Origin: Planctomycetota bacterium
Lineage (GTDB): Bacteria; Planctomycetota; GCA-002687715; CAIWVZ01
Assembly (NCBI GenBank): GCA_044222185.1
Contig: JBGANV010000002.1
Location: 480,001-544,000, forward strand
Length of the DNA stretch: 64,000 bases
Direction: 5' to 3'
Below the pieces are notes generated by a model. The model did no database searches and was not told the DNA's origin. It saw nothing but the letters and a program-made list of their open reading frames with translations. This document shows, piece by piece, positions 29,236 through 39,583 of the stretch (positions are counted from its first letter, which is position 1; each line of letters opens with the position of its first letter). A program made the position numbers and the translations under genes.

Positions 29236-32200
29236 GTGGAGAAGGCACTACGTGCGGCGTTCGTGGCGGCGTGGATTCTTGCTTCGTTCGCTCCGGCTCA
29301 GACGATCTGGTGGGTGCAGCCTGGCGGCACCAGCGCCGGGAGCGGGACGCAGACCGATCCATTCAACCAGATCCAGCTCGCGATCAACGCGTCGACCAAC
29401 GGAGACACGATCCGTGCGATGCCCGGAGTGTATTTCGAGCACATCAACTACATCGGTCGCAGCGTCACCATCGAGAGTACCGACGGTGCCTTCTACACGA
29501 CGATCGATGGTCAAGGGTCGGGCCCGGTGGTTCGGATCCAGAACGGCGAGTCCAACGCCGTGCTGGATGGATTCACGGTGACGAATGGGCACAACAGCCA
29601 TGGGGCGGGGATCTACTGCTACGGGTCGAACGTGACCGTTCGCAATTGCATCGTGCGCGACAACGGACCTTACGGTGAGGGTCCCGGTCTTTATGCCTAC
29701 GGCGGGTCGACGCGAATCACCGATACCAGCTTCGAGAACAACGATTCCGGTGGGAATGTGGGCGGAGCCATCGCGGGGTATTACGGGCCCATGACCGTCG
29801 AGCGGTCGACGTTCATCAACAATCGCTGCCCCAACGCTTACGGCGGCGCGATCTACTCCAACTCGGAGTTCGTCGACGTTCGTGACTGCACGTTCGTCGG
29901 AAACCAAGCGTACTACGGTGGGGCGATCTGGCTCTATGCGTCCATGAACTCGCTTCTCCGCGACAACCTCTTCGAACTGAACACGGCTGCGACCGGCGGA
30001 GCGATCCTGCTGACAAATGGGCAAGTCAACACGATCGAACGGTGCCGATTCCGTCAGAACACTGCGTCCTCGGATGGCGGCGCCATCTCCATAAGCGGAT
30101 CAATTCAATCCATATCGAAATCGGATATGTCTGGTAACACCGCTGGTGGCAGCGGTGGTGCGATCTACAACCAAGGAGTCATTTCCGTGATGTCGGGCAC
30201 CCGCATCCTCGACAACCACGCCGGTGGAAATGGCGGTGGAATCTACAACTGTAGCGGCTGCCTTTACATGTTTCGCTCATGCGCCGTCGCCCGCAATACT
30301 GCGAGCGGTGTCGGTGGCGGCTTGTTCTGGTGCGGCGGGTGTTATTCGTCGGCGTTCACCGGGATCACATTCGTCGGTAACACGGCTTCGTCGGGTGGGG
30401 CCACGCATATCAACTGCTGTTCGGCTCCCCCGTTCGCCAACAGCGTATTCTGGTCGGACATGCCGAGTGAATTCGGCGGCTACATCCCGTGCTTGACCAA
30501 TTGTGCCGTGCAGGGAGGAGCCGGATGTGGCTCCAGCTTGATGGCGTTGGATCCTGAGTTCGTGAATGCACCCTTCGACTTCCACCTCCGGTCGACGTCG
30601 CCCCTGATCGGCGCCGGCGCCAACGCCTACGTGGCTTCGGGCGAAACCGACATCGACGGTGGGCCGCGCATCAACGGCGCGACGGTGGACATCGGCGCGG
30701 ACGAATACAACGCGATCGTGCTCTCGGCACCGGCCGTGGCGCAGATCGGGTCGCCCCTTTCGTTCCAGTTCGCCACGTACCCGGCGCAGCCGGGCGCGGC
30801 GTATCTCGTGGACGTGTCCGTGACGGGCGACACCCCAGGCATCCAGTTGCCGGGAAGCCTCGGCACGATCCCGCTCAACCCCCCGTTCCTCTTCCTGTCC
30901 TATGGCGCATACGCACCCGGGGTCTTCGTCAACTTCCTGGCGGCGCTCGACGGCGGCGGGGTCGGCGGGCCCGTGCTGAACATTCCAGATGAGCCCCTGC
31001 TCATCGGGACGGTGCTTTACGGCGCGGGGTTGACCCTCGATTTCGTCGGCCCGACGGCGCCCGTCGGCACTCTCAGCAATGGCGTCCAGACCGTCGTCAA
31101 GGATCACCTGCCGATCATCCAGAGTGTGGTGCCCAACACTGCGCCAGTGAGCGGCAACGCCCCGATCACGCTCCATGGAAGCTACTTCCAACCGGGCGCA
31201 ACCGTCACCGTTGGAGGCGTCGCACCTCAAAACGTGACGGTCGTGGATGCCAACACCATCACGTTCACGGCGAACGGCCAGGGCCAGGGACCGCGAGACG
31301 TGGTGGTGTTCAACCCCGACCAGCAGGTTCACGTCCTGGCGGGCGGGCTCACCTACATTCCCGATCTGGTCCTCTATCAGGTGAATCCGTCGGTGACCGC
31401 GCCCGGAAACCCGGTCACGCTCAGCGGTGACGGATTCCAGTCGGCGCTGACTCTCGTCGTTGGTGGCGTCCCTGTGATTCCGACGAACGTCACGCAGTCG
31501 TCCGTCGACTTCGCCATGCCCATCGGATCCGCGTGCGACGGGTCGCTCGTCGTCCACAACCCGAGCAACCAGACGCAGTCGATCGCGTTCAATCCCTCGC
31601 CGCAGATCACGTCGACGTCGGGAACCACGATTCCGGCGGGAACCGGCGGGGCGTTCACCATCTACGGAAACCAGTTCCACCCCGGCACGGTCGTCACGCT
31701 GGGCGGCCAGCCCGCGATGGTCACGAACAGCTCGACGGGTTTCATTTCCGCCACGGCCCCGCCCGGCCCGGCGGGATTCGCGCCGATCGTCGTCACGTCG
31801 GCGACCGGCTGCACGGCGACGACGAACTTCTACTACCTGGGAAGTCCGCCCATCCTGACCTCCGTGACGTTGCCCAACGGGCCGATCGCCGGCGGTACGG
31901 CCATCACGCTCACGGGGGCCAACTTCCTTCCCGGGGCGAGCGTCACCATCGGAGGCGCCGCCGCGACCGCGGTCGTCGTCGTGAGCCCGACGACGATCAC
32001 GTGCCTCACGCCCTCAGGGACGCTCGGCACCAAGCCCGTGCAACTCGTCAACGGAGACAGCCAGGTCGTGACACTGTCTGCGGGGTTCACCTACCTGCCG
32101 AACCTCTCGGTGACGAGCGCGTCGCCGCCCAGCGCGACGCCGGGCAGCCTGATCACGGTGATCGGGGCGGGCTTTCAGCTCGGCATGAGCGTCGTGGCAT

Positions 32201-32583
32201 CAGGCGTCGCGGTCGTTCCGACGCTTCTGTCGTCCACGCAGTTGCGCTTCACGATGCCCGCCGGGACGACCTGCGACGGCCTGCTGGTCCTTTCCACCCC
32301 GAGCGGCCAGAACGCGTCGATCGGCTTCACTCCGAGTCCGGTGATCAGCGGGGTGTATCCGCCGACTGCCGCCCCATCGGGTGGAACCCCGCTCGCGATC
32401 GGCGGCGCGCACTTCTACCCGGGCACGACCGTGACCATCGGTGGCGTCCTCGTCCCGATCACCGGCAGCTCGTCCACCATCACCCTGTCGGTCGTGGCGC
32501 CACCAGCTGCGGCTGGGCCGGCCGCCATCGTCGTGACGTCGCCCAGTGGCTGCACGGCGACCGGGATGATCACTTATCAGTGA
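29236..32583 (+). CDS. Secreted beta-helix (Pmp-like) + internal shared module + six IPT/TIG domains
   Basis: GGAGA RBS with GTG start; signal peptide APA|Q; GGAI...FxxN rungs; DFHLRSTSPLIGAG...VDIGADEY cap; IPT repeats (ITLTGANF.PGA.VTIGG). Confidence 0.88.
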   Translation: MEKALRAAFVAAWILASFAPAQTIWWVQPGGTSAGSGTQTDPFNQIQLAINASTNGDTIRAMPGVYFEHINYIGRSVTIESTDGAFYTTIDGQGSGPVVRIQNGESNAVLDGFTVTNGHNSHGAGIYCYGSNVTVRNCIVRDNGPYGEGPGLYAYGGSTRITDTSFENNDSGGNVGGAIAGYYGPMTVERSTFINNRCPNAYGGAIYSNSEFVDVRDCTFVGNQAYYGGAIWLYASMNSLLRDNLFELNTAATGGAILLTNGQVNTIERCRFRQNTASSDGGAISISGSIQSISKSDMSGNTAGGSGGAIYNQGVISVMSGTRILDNHAGGNGGGIYNCSGCLYMFRSCAVARNTASGVGGGLFWCGGCYSSAFTGITFVGNTASSGGATHINCCSAPPFANSVFWSDMPSEFGGYIPCLTNCAVQGGAGCGSSLMALDPEFVNAPFDFHLRSTSPLIGAGANAYVASGETDIDGGPRINGATVDIGADEYNAIVLSAPAVAQIGSPLSFQFATYPAQPGAAYLVDVSVTGDTPGIQLPGSLGTIPLNPPFLFLSYGAYAPGVFVNFLAALDGGGVGGPVLNIPDEPLLIGTVLYGAGLTLDFVGPTAPVGTLSNGVQTVVKDHLPIIQSVVPNTAPVSGNAPITLHGSYFQPGATVTVGGVAPQNVTVVDANTITFTANGQGQGPRDVVVFNPDQQVHVLAGGLTYIPDLVLYQVNPSVTAPGNPVTLSGDGFQSALTLVVGGVPVIPTNVTQSSVDFAMPIGSACDGSLVVHNPSNQTQSIAFNPSPQITSTSGTTIPAGTGGAFTIYGNQFHPGTVVTLGGQPAMVTNSSTGFISATAPPGPAGFAPIVVTSATGCTATTNFYYLGSPPILTSVTLPNGPIAGGTAITLTGANFLPGASVTIGGAAATAVVVVSPTTITCLTPSGTLGTKPVQLVNGDSQVVTLSAGFTYLPNLSVTSASPPSATPGSLITVIGAGFQLGMSVVASGVAVVPTLLSSTQLRFTMPAGTTCDGLLVLSTPSGQNASIGFTPSPVISGVYPPTAAPSGGTPLAIGGAHFYPGTTVTIGGVLVPITGSSSTITLSVVAPPAAAGPAAIVVTSPSGCTATGMITYQ

Positions 32584-32604
32584 CCGCTGGGTCGTGCCGA
32601 CGGC

Positions 32605-33330
32605 ATGACCCCGTTCTCCCGCGCCCCGCGTTACCGTGTCGCCCTCGTGGCACGGCCGCTTCGCACTGCGTTCAACAAGGCTCGGAACACCATCGGAACT
32701 CTGGTGGTGGCGCTTTGCGTCCGCGTGCTGCTTTGGACCGTGCGCTTTCAGGTGATCAACTGGGCCGCGGGGCGCCAGATCACGCGCGAGGGTGACGGCG
32801 TGATCTTCGCCTTCTGGCACAACTCGGTGATCATCCCGCTCGGACATGAATCGCGGTGGCATTGCGTCGCGCTCGTGAGCCCCGGCGGCGACGGAACTTT
32901 CGCGGCGCGCATCATCCGGCATTTCGGCGTGCATTCGGCGCGGGGAAGCACGAGCAAACAGGGCGCGGAGGGCATGCTGGCGCTCCTGCGGGAGCGCCCT
33001 GCGTCGTGGTCGCTCGTGATCACACCCGACGGGCCGCGCGGGCCGCGCTACCAGGTGCAACCGGGCCTCGCTTATCTGGGATCGCGATCCGGTCTGCCGA
33101 TCGTCCCGATCGGCATGGCTCTTTCGAGGGCGTGGCATCTGCGCTCCTGGGATCGGTTCCGCATTCCCAAGCCGTTTTCACGCGCCGTCATGGTCTTTGG
33201 TGATCCTCTCCGACTGGCGCCGGACATGGATCGAGAGGAACTCGAGACGGCGCGGGTCTCCCTCGAGAACACGATCCGCGACGTCACGCGCCGTGCGCAC
33301 GAACAGGTGGGGCTCACATGGCCGGACTGA
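32605..33330 (+). CDS. DUF374/lysophospholipid acyltransferase family protein (LpxJ-like)
   Basis: FAFWH, RGSTSKQG, ITPDGPRGP, SWDRFRIPKPFSR. Confidence 0.9.
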   Translation: MTPFSRAPRYRVALVARPLRTAFNKARNTIGTLVVALCVRVLLWTVRFQVINWAAGRQITREGDGVIFAFWHNSVIIPLGHESRWHCVALVSPGGDGTFAARIIRHFGVHSARGSTSKQGAEGMLALLRERPASWSLVITPDGPRGPRYQVQPGLAYLGSRSGLPIVPIGMALSRAWHLRSWDRFRIPKPFSRAVMVFGDPLRLAPDMDREELETARVSLENTIRDVTRRAHEQVGLTWPD

Positions 33331-34184
33331 CTCAGGTGATCCAGATCTCGCGCGAGAAGGCCGTCGATCTCCGCGACCGGCTCGAGGAGGCGGGGTTCGC
33401 GTTCCACGACGTCCAGCACGCGCTCTTCGGCGCCAAGGGCGAGGGCACGACGCTCGTCTATTACACCTCCGGCAAGCTCGTGCTCCAGGGCAAGGAGATC
33501 CGCGAGTTCCTCGAGAAGTGGCTGCCAGACGATGCCCCACGCGCCCCAGAAGTGAAGGAAGCGCTCATCGGTGCCGACGAAGCCGGGAAGGGCGACTACT
33601 TCGGCCCGCTCGTCTGCGCGTCGTGTCTCTTGGATCCGGACGTCGCGCGCTTCCTCGACGAAGTGCCGCTTCGCGACAGCAAGACGCTTTCGGCGCGAGA
33701 GATCGCCGAAGCGGCGGAGACCTTGCGGCGCGTTCTTCCGCACGAAATCGTGATGATCGGCCCGTCGAAATACAACGAGCTGTACCCCAAGTTCGGCAAC
33801 CTGAACTCCATGCTCGCCTGGGCGCATGCGAAGGCGATCATGTCGGTCGTCCAGAAGACGAACTGCAAGCGGATCCTCCTCGACAAGTTCGCCGATGAGA
33901 GCGTCATGCGCCGCGCGCTCGGCACGGACTACGCCGGGCTCGAATTCCGCATGGAAACGAAGGCCGAGTCGGTCCCTGCGGTCGCTGCGGCGTCGATCCT
34001 CGCTCGCGATGCGTTCGTGCGAGGTGTGCAGAAGCTGTCGCGCGAGATCGGCATGCCGCTGCCGCTCGGCGCCGGTGAACCCGTCGATCGGGCCGTGCGC
34101 GCGCTCGTGGCGCAGAAGGGCGACGCCGTGCTCGGCGAGGTCGCGAAGCTCCACTTCAAGAACACCCAGAAGCGGTTCGGATAG
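33318..34184 (+). CDS. rnhC: Ribonuclease HIII
   Basis: N-terminal TBP-like domain (YTSGKLVLQGK), IGADEAGKGDYFGPLV, RDSK, VAAASILAR, KLHFKNT. Confidence 0.93.
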   Translation: MAGLTQVIQISREKAVDLRDRLEEAGFAFHDVQHALFGAKGEGTTLVYYTSGKLVLQGKEIREFLEKWLPDDAPRAPEVKEALIGADEAGKGDYFGPLVCASCLLDPDVARFLDEVPLRDSKTLSAREIAEAAETLRRVLPHEIVMIGPSKYNELYPKFGNLNSMLAWAHAKAIMSVVQKTNCKRILLDKFADESVMRRALGTDYAGLEFRMETKAESVPAVAAASILARDAFVRGVQKLSREIGMPLPLGAGEPVDRAVRALVAQKGDAVLGEVAKLHFKNTQKRFG

Positions 34185-34249
34185 ACCCCCTCGCGCCACC
34201 ACGGCCTCGCGCACGACGCTTCGCAAGGTCGCGTAAGATCCACGCCGTC

Positions 34250-35644
34250 ATGCAACTCCGATTCCTCGGTGCGGCGCGTCAAGTCACCGGCTCGTGCCAC
34301 GAGCTCACCGTCGACGGTCAGCGAATCCTCCTCGATTGCGGCATGTTCCAGGGACATCGGCAGGAGGCCTACGAGAAGAACCGTGCGTTTCGCGTGAAGG
34401 GTCGCGACATCGCGTCCGTGATCCTCTCGCATGCGCACGTCGACCACTGCGGCAATCTTCCGCAGCTGATGGAATCGGGGTTCGCCGGAAAGGTCTGGTG
34501 CACTCCGGCGACCCGCGATCTCGCGCGTGTCATGCTCCTGGATGCGGCCCAGATCCAGGAGCGCGACGTCGAGCACCTGCGAATGAGCCGCGGCGAGCGG
34601 GCCGAGCCGCTCTTCGACGAGCGCGACGTCCTCCAGGTGTTGTCGCGATTCGTCGCCGTGCCCTACGACACGTGGTTCGAGCCCGCGCGCGGCGTTCGCG
34701 CCATGTTCTCGGACGCAGGTCACATCATCGGGTCGGCCGCGGTCCACCTGGAGATCACGGAGCCGGGGCACGAGAAGCTCCGTGTCACGTTCACGGGCGA
34801 CATCGGCCGACGAGGCGTGCCGTTGCTGAGGGATCCCGCCCCGCTTCCGCAGGCCGAAGTCGTCCTCACCGAGAGCACCTACGGCGGTCGCGAGCACGAC
34901 GATCGGGAGAACCCCGCCGAAGGCATGAAGCGGAGTTTGGAAGCCGCGGTCAAGCTCGCAGTCTCCAACGGAGGCCGCCTGATAATTCCCGCGTTCGCCG
35001 TCGGTCGAACGCAGATCGTGCTCTACTACCTGAACGAGCTCATCTCCGAGGGTCGGATCGGTGCGCTTCCGATCTACATCGACTCGCCCATGTCGACGGA
35101 AGCGACGGCCGTCATGCGCAAGCACCTGGAGATCCTCGACGAGGATGCGCATGCCAAGGTGGCTCGCGCCATCGACCCGCTCATGAACAAGAACGTCCAC
35201 CTGATCGAGGCGGTGGCCGAATCCAAGCGGCTCAACTCGACTCCTGGATCTTGCGTCGTGATCGCGCCATCGGGCATGTGCGAGTTCGGCCGCGTCGTGC
35301 ATCACCTCGCGAATGGAATCGACGATCCGCGCAACGTGATCGCGTTCGTCGGCTATCAGGCCGAGCACACCCTCGGTCGCCGAATCTCCGAGGGGCTGTC
35401 ACCTGTGCGCATGCTGGGGCGAATGCTGAACGTGCGCGCCCGGGTCGTGAAGATGAACGGGTTTTCGGCTCACGCCGACCGCAGCGATCTGCTCGACTAC
35501 CTGCGACCCTTGCGCGGTGCCGCCGGCCGTGTGTTCGTCGTTCACGGGGAAGTGGACCAGGCTGAGTCGCTCGCGGCGTCGCTGCGGGGCGAAGGGTTTT
35601 CGCGCGTGGACGTTCCGGCGGAGAAGACGACCGTTTCGATTTGA
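34250..35644 (+). CDS. MBL-fold metallo-hydrolase, beta-CASP ribonuclease family
   Basis: FLGAARQVTGS, LSHAHVDHCG, AGHIIGS, ESTYG, PAFAVGRTQ, FSAHAD. Confidence 0.93.
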   Translation: MQLRFLGAARQVTGSCHELTVDGQRILLDCGMFQGHRQEAYEKNRAFRVKGRDIASVILSHAHVDHCGNLPQLMESGFAGKVWCTPATRDLARVMLLDAAQIQERDVEHLRMSRGERAEPLFDERDVLQVLSRFVAVPYDTWFEPARGVRAMFSDAGHIIGSAAVHLEITEPGHEKLRVTFTGDIGRRGVPLLRDPAPLPQAEVVLTESTYGGREHDDRENPAEGMKRSLEAAVKLAVSNGGRLIIPAFAVGRTQIVLYYLNELISEGRIGALPIYIDSPMSTEATAVMRKHLEILDEDAHAKVARAIDPLMNKNVHLIEAVAESKRLNSTPGSCVVIAPSGMCEFGRVVHHLANGIDDPRNVIAFVGYQAEHTLGRRISEGLSPVRMLGRMLNVRARVVKMNGFSAHADRSDLLDYLRPLRGAAGRVFVVHGEVDQAESLAASLRGEGFSRVDVPAEKTTVSI

Positions 35645-35765
35645 ACGATGATCTGCCTGCGCGCCGCACGGGTGAGAGATGGCCGCTGCCCCGCCCCCGG
35701 CCGCCGGTTTCGGAGGGTTGAGCGCCCGGGTACGATGCTCGACTCATTCGGCCAGCCGAATTCGC

Positions 35766-37679
35766 ATGGGCCCATTCCTCAGCACGATCCTCGCCGCCTT
35801 CCTCAGCGTGTTTGCAGTCGGGTCCGACCCGCTGCCCGTGCGCATCGGGCGGCCCGTGGCGATCCTCGGCGCTCTGGCCGTCATCCTGGTGGCCCGCGCC
35901 ACGGCGCACGCCTACCTCGCCGAACAGGCCGAGGAGGAGGAGGGGAGACGCGTCGGACGGCATCCGCCCTGGGCACGCGCCCTGGACCTCGCGCTGTTCG
36001 CGACGGTGCTGTGGGGAACCGACTGGCCTCTCGTGGCCCGAGAAGCGGTGGCCGACCTGCCATTCTTGAGACACGCCTTCGTGTTCCTGCCGCACCTGCT
36101 GGCGTCCATCGCGCGAACGGATGCGGCCTACCCGCTCGAGACGCGCGACGTCGAGAACCCGTGGTCGCGGCCCCGCAATCTCTTCTTCCACGCACGCCTG
36201 CTGCTGATTCCCGTCCTGCCGCTGTTCTTGATCCACGGGCTCACGGACGCCGTCGAGCGCGTCCCCGTGATGCAATCGCTCATCGCGGCCTACCCACAAG
36301 CGACCTACCTCGAAGCGCTCGTCATGGTGGGTCTCACCGTCGGTGCGACACCGCTGATCATGCAATGGCTGCTCGGGTCGCAGCCGCTCGCGGATGGCCC
36401 GCTGCGCGATCAGCTCGAGAGCTACCTGAAGCGCGTGGGGTTCAAGGTCGGCCGCATCGATTGGGTCGATACCGGCGGACACGTCGCCAACGCGGCGTTC
36501 GTCGGAGTGTTGCCAGGATTCAACCGGGTGTTCATCAGCGATGCGCTGCTGCGCGCGCTCCCGCCGGATGAGGTCGGCGCCGTCTTCGCGCACGAGATCG
36601 GTCACGGATTCCACCGCCACCTGCGGACGTTCCTCCTCTTCTTCCTCGCGGTGCCGCTCTTCCTGTTCGCCGGGATGGACCCGCTCGCGGCCGTTCTCGC
36701 CAAGGCGACGCGCGCGGTCGCCGGGACTGCGGGTGGCGATCAGCTCGTGGGGCAGGTCGCGGGTCTCATCGCCGTGGGATTTGGCGCCGCCGCGAGCCTG
36801 GGCGCCATGGCCTTCGCCTTCGTGTGGATGTCCCGTCGCATGGAGGTCGAGGCTGACCTCTTCGCGGCGCGGACCCTCGACGACCCGGAAGTGTTCAACC
36901 GCGCGCTCGTCCGTGTCGGCGTCATGTCCGGGCGCCCGCCGCACGAGGACGGGCTGAGACACTTCGCGATCGCAAAGCGCGTGGCGATCGTGCGTGACTG
37001 GGTCGCCTTTCCGGAGCAGCGGACGTACTGGGCGCGGTCGCTCGGGCGCATCCGACGCTGGACGCTGATCGGATTCGGGCTCGCCGTTGTCGCCGCAGCC
37101 GCCACGCTCCCTCGCGACTTCACGCTCGTGCGGGCCCGCACGCTCGTCGCTTCGCTCGATGCCGCCCTCATCAAGGGCGAGTTCGACGCGGCGCGGGAGA
37201 TGCGCGCCGCGTTGGACGAGCTGAAACCCACGGACGATCCGATCGACGCTTTCAACCGTATCCACCTGGGCGCCGAGCTCTACGTCACCGAGGACGACCC
37301 GGCACGCGCCCGGGAAGCCGTGGCCGCGGACGTGGCAGCCCATGCGCGCCTTCAGGCGGCCGTGGATGCCCACACCATCGCCGTCGATCCGGCCAACTGG
37401 CTGATCATCACTGCCGAGATCGCATTCATGCAAGCCATCGTGAATCACCCGGGCGCCGCGCCGCTCACCTTCGACCCCGACGCGTTCGCCGCGCACCGCG
37501 CCTGGGCGATCCTTCGGGGCATGCGGAGCGACTACGACGAGCGATTCGAAATCCGGCGTGCCCTGGACGGGTTGGCCGACGAGCAGGCATGGCGCCTCCT
37601 CGCCATGAAGAAGGCCCTCGGCGGCCGATCGGCGGAAGAGCTGTTGATGGAACGCTATCTGGGCGCGACTCCGCGCTGA
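35766..37679 (+). CDS. M48 (Ste24/HtpX-like) membrane metallopeptidase with C-terminal helical extension
   Basis: ANAAFVG, VFAHEIGH, SRRMEVEADLFA; several TM helices. Confidence 0.88.
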   Translation: MGPFLSTILAAFLSVFAVGSDPLPVRIGRPVAILGALAVILVARATAHAYLAEQAEEEEGRRVGRHPPWARALDLALFATVLWGTDWPLVAREAVADLPFLRHAFVFLPHLLASIARTDAAYPLETRDVENPWSRPRNLFFHARLLLIPVLPLFLIHGLTDAVERVPVMQSLIAAYPQATYLEALVMVGLTVGATPLIMQWLLGSQPLADGPLRDQLESYLKRVGFKVGRIDWVDTGGHVANAAFVGVLPGFNRVFISDALLRALPPDEVGAVFAHEIGHGFHRHLRTFLLFFLAVPLFLFAGMDPLAAVLAKATRAVAGTAGGDQLVGQVAGLIAVGFGAAASLGAMAFAFVWMSRRMEVEADLFAARTLDDPEVFNRALVRVGVMSGRPPHEDGLRHFAIAKRVAIVRDWVAFPEQRTYWARSLGRIRRWTLIGFGLAVVAAAATLPRDFTLVRARTLVASLDAALIKGEFDAAREMRAALDELKPTDDPIDAFNRIHLGAELYVTEDDPARAREAVAADVAAHARLQAAVDAHTIAVDPANWLIITAEIAFMQAIVNHPGAAPLTFDPDAFAAHRAWAILRGMRSDYDERFEIRRALDGLADEQAWRLLAMKKALGGRSAEELLMERYLGATPR

Positions 37680-37684
37680 CACCC

Positions 37685-39223
37685 ATGACGAGCACGCACG
37701 ACCGACCGACCGCGATCGTCTACCACGAGCGGACGAAGTACTCGGAGCACGAGCTGGCGCGCAATCCTCGGCAGCTCGATTGGTCGCGGCGACCGTCGCC
37801 TTACAAGGACGTCGTCACGGATCGACGCGTACGGCTCGGCAAGTACCTGCCGTTTCCGCGGGACCCGTTCAGCGGCGACACGCTCGAGCCCGTGGCGTCG
37901 AAGCCCGAAGACCCCATCGGGCTGCCGCAGTTGTCGCGCCTCCTCTACTTCACCTACGGGATCACCGCAGTCGTCAATGGCCCGGGAGAGATGCACGCAC
38001 TTCGGGCCGCGCCATCGGCGGGCGCGCTCTATCCGGCGGAGATCTACGTCGCCACGCGCGGGATCGAGGGACTGTCGGACGGGGTTCACGATTACCAGGT
38101 GCGCAATCACTCGCTCGTGACGCTGTGGGATGGGGATTTCTGGAGCGAGTTCCAGCGATACGCCTATGGCCACGAGGCCATCGCGCGCAGCAACGTCCTC
38201 GTGATGTTCTCCGCGGTCTTCTTCCGTTCGGCGTGGCGATATGAGGAGCGCGCGTATCGCCGTATCCTGCTCGACACCGGGCACGCCCTCGGCAACCTCG
38301 AGTGCTACGCGCCGTACGAGCACCTGCTCGTCTATCCGGTCAGCGGATTTTGCGACGACGCGCTCAACGGCATGTTGTTCCTCGATCCGAAGGAGGAAGG
38401 GATCCTCATGGTGTGCGCGCTGGCGCGGCCGCAGGATCTCGAGGGCGTCACCGTGCGCCGCAGCAGCGTGTATCCGAGCGCCGTCGTTCCCATGTCGTCG
38501 CAGATCCCGCGGGAGGGACTGCTCCAGAAGCTGCACGAGGCGTCGTCCATTCCGGGTGGCGAGGTGTTCAAGGAAGGTCGACTGCCGGACGACGTGGCGG
38601 TCGAGGGACTGCACCGCGAGAAGCCCGAGATGCCCTTCGTCGGGCGCGGCATCGAGTTCGACGTGCCGGAGACGATCCGCACGCGGCGCTCCACGCGCGA
38701 GTTCACGGGCGGTGAGATGCCGCTGCGGCAGCTCGCCGACATCCTGGGCTATGCCTATGAGGTCGCCGTGCCCAGAGAGGGCGAAGCGGACCGCGGGTTG
38801 CCGAGCGTCTTCGATCCTTCGCTGATCGAGACCTACGTGATCGTGCAGGCCGTCGAGACTCTCGCGCCCGGCGTCTACTACTACGCGCCCGGCAGCAAGA
38901 CGCTGCGGTGCGTCCGCACGGGGCAGTTCCGCAGTCACTCACACCACTTCTGCCTCGGGCAGGAGCTGGGGCTCAAGGCCTCGGCGGTCGTCGTGCACGT
39001 CTCCGACATCCGCGCGGCGCTCGACAAATACGGTGAGCGCGCTTATCGGTACCTGCATCTCGACGCCGGTCACCTCGGTCAGCGCATGAATCTCGCCGCC
39101 ATCGCCAGCAGCGCGGGAGCCTCCGGCATCGGCGGGTTCTTCGACGACGAGGTCAACTCCGTGCTGCACGTCGACCGCGATCGCATCGTCGTCTACGTCA
39201 CGTGCCTCGGCATGCCTGCGTGA
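37685..39223 (+). CDS. SagB/ThcOx family FMN-dependent dehydrogenase (tandem nitroreductase domains)
   Basis: YHERTKY, LRAAPSAGALYPAEIY, RAYRRILLDTGH; second domain RRSTREF...RAYRYLHLDAGH...GIGGFFDD. Confidence 0.9.
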   Translation: MTSTHDRPTAIVYHERTKYSEHELARNPRQLDWSRRPSPYKDVVTDRRVRLGKYLPFPRDPFSGDTLEPVASKPEDPIGLPQLSRLLYFTYGITAVVNGPGEMHALRAAPSAGALYPAEIYVATRGIEGLSDGVHDYQVRNHSLVTLWDGDFWSEFQRYAYGHEAIARSNVLVMFSAVFFRSAWRYEERAYRRILLDTGHALGNLECYAPYEHLLVYPVSGFCDDALNGMLFLDPKEEGILMVCALARPQDLEGVTVRRSSVYPSAVVPMSSQIPREGLLQKLHEASSIPGGEVFKEGRLPDDVAVEGLHREKPEMPFVGRGIEFDVPETIRTRRSTREFTGGEMPLRQLADILGYAYEVAVPREGEADRGLPSVFDPSLIETYVIVQAVETLAPGVYYYAPGSKTLRCVRTGQFRSHSHHFCLGQELGLKASAVVVHVSDIRAALDKYGERAYRYLHLDAGHLGQRMNLAAIASSAGASGIGGFFDDEVNSVLHVDRDRIVVYVTCLGMPA

Positions 39224-39241
39224 CGGAGTGGCTCGCGGCCT

Positions 39242-39451
39242 CTATTTGCCGCCCCGGAACATGGCCGCGTGGATGCACGACAGGATGTTGATGATCCATC
39301 CGAACGTGCCGAGGGTCAGGAACCACAACACGCCTCCCGCGACGAACCAGATGATGGCCCACAGCACGCGGGCCTGAACGAGCTGGCCGAGTCCTGGGAT
39401 GAAGAACGAGCACAGCGCCGCGATCACGTTCCCTGCACTGCCTTGAGCCAT
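39242..39451 (-). CDS. Small membrane protein (TM2-like, 69 aa)
   Basis: AGGAGG RBS; AALCSFFIPGLGQLVQAR motif. Confidence 0.8.
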   Translation of the reverse strand: MAQGSAGNVIAALCSFFIPGLGQLVQARVLWAIIWFVAGGVLWFLTLGTFGWIINILSCIHAAMFRGGK

Positions 39452-39583
39452 GTGACCTCCTGCCCGCGACGCGCACCGACCGGCACGCGTGGGCCGGCGA
39501 TTGTCGCAGGCGCGCCGCGCAGGGCAACCGGTTGGTTCCGGAGCATCGCCGATCAGCCCGGAGTCGTGCATCATCTCGCCGTC

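Noticed and set aside
35232-37682. Long antisense ORFs (this one, 49879-51987, 21986-23689 and others)
   Set aside because: Expected stop-poor shadows of real genes in high-GC DNA; no motifs.
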